Source: Phoronis australis (taxonomy: Eukaryota; Animalia; Phoronida). From it: DNA of 64,000 nucleotides. Shown one piece after another: positions 60,465-64,000 of this stretch. Below the pieces are notes generated by a model. It made no database searches. It was not told where the DNA came from and saw only the letters and a list, made by a program, of their open reading frames with translations. Positions within the stretch are counted from its first letter, which is position 1; each line of letters starts with the position of its first letter. The stretch spans positions 704,246-768,245 of the forward strand of contig NMRA01000024.1 of the NCBI GenBank assembly GCA_002633005.1, written 5' to 3'. The position numbers were made by a program, and so were the translations under genes.

Positions 60465-62812
60465 AGCAGTTAGAAAGTGTGAGCACGTGATCCATGCGGT
60501 ACACTCTGGCAAGTAGAAATTGCTCATGAGACTACAAGCGACCCAAATCAAATAATCTAGAAAAGCACTTTAGTGCAAAAATTTAACTGTTTGATGTCAC
60601 CACTGAATTTATTCATTTTGAAAAAGTGTGACAACTGTCTGCAAAAATGTTTATGCAATCGTATTGCTATTAAATATGGTTCACAATGTTCAAAAATAAA
60701 ATATTGCAATACTGCTTACTGTCGAATAATGTAAATGTTCACAGTACCTGAAGAGCACGCTGAGCCTTGAGCGCCAATCCAATTAATAAGCCTTCTGTTT
60801 TCTGTTCTCTGTAAAGAGGATTTTACTTGTCAGGTACGCTGAATGAAAACGAAGCTTATGTGTAGCGATAACATCATTACTGCTTTTATACTACCTGGTA
60901 ATTAACGGCTGTTGCTACGCAACACGAGAATGAGCCATCGATGCCAGTTCAAGCTGTATTTTTCAAGTCACATTAATTCCTCCGGAGCTGTGTTTGATAT
61001 TAATACGAGCGAGCTGTATGGCTGTACTCAATTTAAAAAATCGTATGGTTCGTATTCAATGTACTTGTGAATAAAAAACTACAGTTCGTAATTCGAATCG
61101 TGAAAACAACCTGTTTAGGATAATTTCGATATTGACAAGCGCTTTTATGCTTACTGTGTAGGCCTAGGTAATTAGTGCGATATTAACCTGAATTGACTCG
61201 AAACGGAAAGCACGCAAAATTAGTAAAAAACAACCTCGCACTTAATATCGAATCTCCCAAGTATAAACCCGGGAGTTTCAATATAGTCCTAGGTATAAAC
61301 ATAACTACAATAGGTTTTCCCAAACGTTTAACTTACAAAAAAATTTGATGTTGTTTTAATCCTCGTCATTACGTTTTGAAGCACCCTGTAAATAATTCGC
61401 GCCAAATTCTGTATGTCGGATTTTTAAAATCATTGACGGCAAAGTTTTATTATCTGCACAAAAGCAATGTCCACACCAGTGTTAGCAACCACCCGATTGC
61501 GCTTTTTAAAAGCATATCAGTTTCCGTTAACATATTTTTAGCACTTAAATTGAATTGAAAATTCTGTTTCTCTATTTTATTAGCTACAAAATGGTGTGGC
61601 GGATTTTCTAGGCTATTACAATCGAGACTTCAATTTTTAATTAAATGTTTTTGACAATTCTCTGACTAAAAGATCTTGAAATAAAATTTAAAAAAGCTTT
61701 TGTAATTAATAGAATAAAGAAACAGAGTTTAAGATTTCGTTCAAAAGTTCACGTTACTTTGTGGGGAATTCGGAGATCTCCAAGAGAATTCACATTAAAA
61801 AAACGTAATCTAGTAAATAACAACATCCGGGCATTCCTTTCATGCCCAAAATAAGATTCTGTGATCATCAACGATTTTTAACATATCCAGTTTTATGGGT
61901 CTGCCATTAATAGTTTCACAGAAATAAGTTGATCCTCGGTAACAAAGGTATCAGTTTATTCATTTATTGAAAACACAAAAACAACGTACAATAAACAAAG
62001 GGCACAGACACACGCGCACTCCAAACTCGCGCGCGCGCATTTCGAGACCTGACGACAAAATTAGAACCGGTTTCTGCTCAAGAGAACAAAAGAGTCAGAG
62101 TCGGACTAACTATTGTTAAATTTTTCATATTCACAATTTCTGAAATATAGATATTTTTTTTATTTTATTACCTTAACTGTTTGAAGCAGTCATAATAATA
62201 ATTATGATATTGCTTCCACTCATAACTTATTTCCTTTTGTTCATAAATTAACCAATAAGTTCCTTGCAAATTTCCAGCGGGGAGAAATGCATGAAGTCTC
62301 TCATGAATAATCATATTCTAAAAGTTATAATATTTAAAAATCGTTTTAAGCCATATTCATAAATATTCGTTGTTCAATTAAAATTCGTGAATATTCAAAC
62401 TAGGGTGTCGTTACTTTTGAACACCCAGTAGAGTGTCTGATAGTTAGATTGCGGATAGCCACATCTGAGATCCAGCGGCAGAAGTATCAATGGTTTCAAT
62501 TATACACAACAAATCAAGCACAGTGAGAAAGATAGATGATACCATAGAAATCGTATTTTTAGAATTGTCTATGGATGATACGTTTGTAGAAACATTGTTA
62601 TTATATACATATCAGGCGGAGATCCTAAGGAAAACACCGCTTCATTCGTAACGATAATAAAAATACAAAATATAAAAGAAATGTGAAAGGAGTGGATACT
62701 TATTATATTTACAATATCCATACGTTAAGCATTTCTTGATTGGCTGACAGAGCACACTTTCATAAATCAATGACACCTAAAATCGAGGCAGGGTAGAAAT
62801 AACGTAGTGCTG

Positions 62813-63033
62813 CAAGGCGCGCACCCAGCCTAAAACATAGGGGGCTCGAATTTTTGAGAATGTGGACCTTTTACTAAAAAAAACTTTTACTAAAAAAAAT
62901 GGGAGAACGGAGTTCGTTTCGAGCTGGGAATTGTGCATCCGCCGCATTCCAGCCTTTTTAGTGTACTTTCGTCTCGTTTTCTCTACTATTTGTTTCTCTG
63001 AGGCGGACCTTTTTGCACCCTTTGCCAAATGGG
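62813..63033 (-). mobile_element. MITE family A copy (reverse, truncated)
   Basis: gcgcgcacccagcctaaaa..gggggctcgaattt...tttctctgaggcggacctttt. Confidence 0.8.
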
Positions 63034-64000
63034 AGGGCCGGGCTGGTAATGCACAAAGGCAAGGTGAGATTATCGTTCCACTAGATTCGGGCAAAAATTA
63101 TGAAAAATTCGAGTCAAACAAGAAAAAAATCAAGGAGGGGAGCATCCAACGGAGATTTGTAACAAAAACAAGGGTTTGGGAGAGAGTGGAAATTGAGCAG
63201 GCTCAGAACGGGAGAAGTAGTGCCGACCGGGAGGAGGTAGGCCGAATTGTGGGTGACCAGGTGTGAAATTGGTGATGACCGGAAGATAGGGAATTGACGA
63301 AAACCGAAGGGTGAATTTCTATATTCGAGCAACTGACTGCTATGTCATATGCCTTCTCTCCGAATATCCTCGAGCAGTCAAATCCCTGTACGCCTATGCT
63401 CACACAATTATTTCCCTCGACGTATTAGATAACATTTGGCATGCTGTGATATTCTAATGAAGTCGCTCACGTGCTTGATTTCATAGTTCTTATCGTAGTT
63501 TGAACCACTTTGTTGCTTAGGGATGACCTACGAAACGAAAGTGGAATATTTTCATTTTTTGTGAATTTTTGTCAAGTTTACTGTGGGGTTGACGTAATCG
63601 GCAGTTATTTCCCCATCTAGACCCCTCGTACGATTTGGAGTAATTATCTTCTACAACCTACACGGAATTTAGTAAAGAGAATATCAATACGGGAAACAAT
63701 TAGGTATATAGACCGGGAATACTCTTGTTAGAAATGCTCATCAGTTTGCAAATCAAGCACACTCTTTAGCACTCCTCATCTCCATGGTTACTTTCCTTTC
63801 TCATCAGGAAAACATTACTTGGAAGGGACAACTGATTTGGCGCATGGTCTTCCTGTTATTGTTAACGAACAGCAGACATTCTGTTGCTAAGCAGGTTGTA
63901 CCGAAGCCCTGTGCTTTGGTCTTTAGAATACTGTTTGGGCTGTGAAAACTGACATATTGATCTCGGTGAACGTCAATAATTATACCATACACGCACGCGC

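Overview
This is an intron-rich, AT-rich animal genomic window (probably a non-arthropod invertebrate) from a heterozygous draft assembly. Reading splice sites gives four protein-coding genes. (1) An SDF2/SDF2L1-type MIR-domain ER protein ending in HDEL (+; five exons visible, 2281-5117; signal-peptide exon not found). (2) A secreted 2-domain Kazal inhibitor (-; 15041-11150; 136 aa). (3) A paralogous secreted 3-domain Kazal inhibitor directly upstream (-; 25895-17977; 176 aa). (4) Synaptotagmin-17 (-; 45845-35923; about 498 aa). Four 1.7-2.9 kb tandem 'duplications' all sit on N joins and are most likely uncollapsed alleles. Less obvious signals include a MITE-interrupted, decayed sialyltransferase (GT29, ST6Gal-like) relic head-to-head with the Kazal cluster. 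There is also a tandem pair of about 0.85 kb palindrome-rich non-autonomous elements (Crypton/tyrosine-recombinase-like) that carry an internal reverse copy of their own end-to-end junction, a tRNA-like segment and a perfect 35-bp inverted repeat at their join. Several MITE families, SINEs and micro/minisatellites fill the rest. Most entries in the supplied ORF track are spurious. I see no evidence for a wholly new multi-gene system. All homology calls are from memory of family motifs, not database searches.
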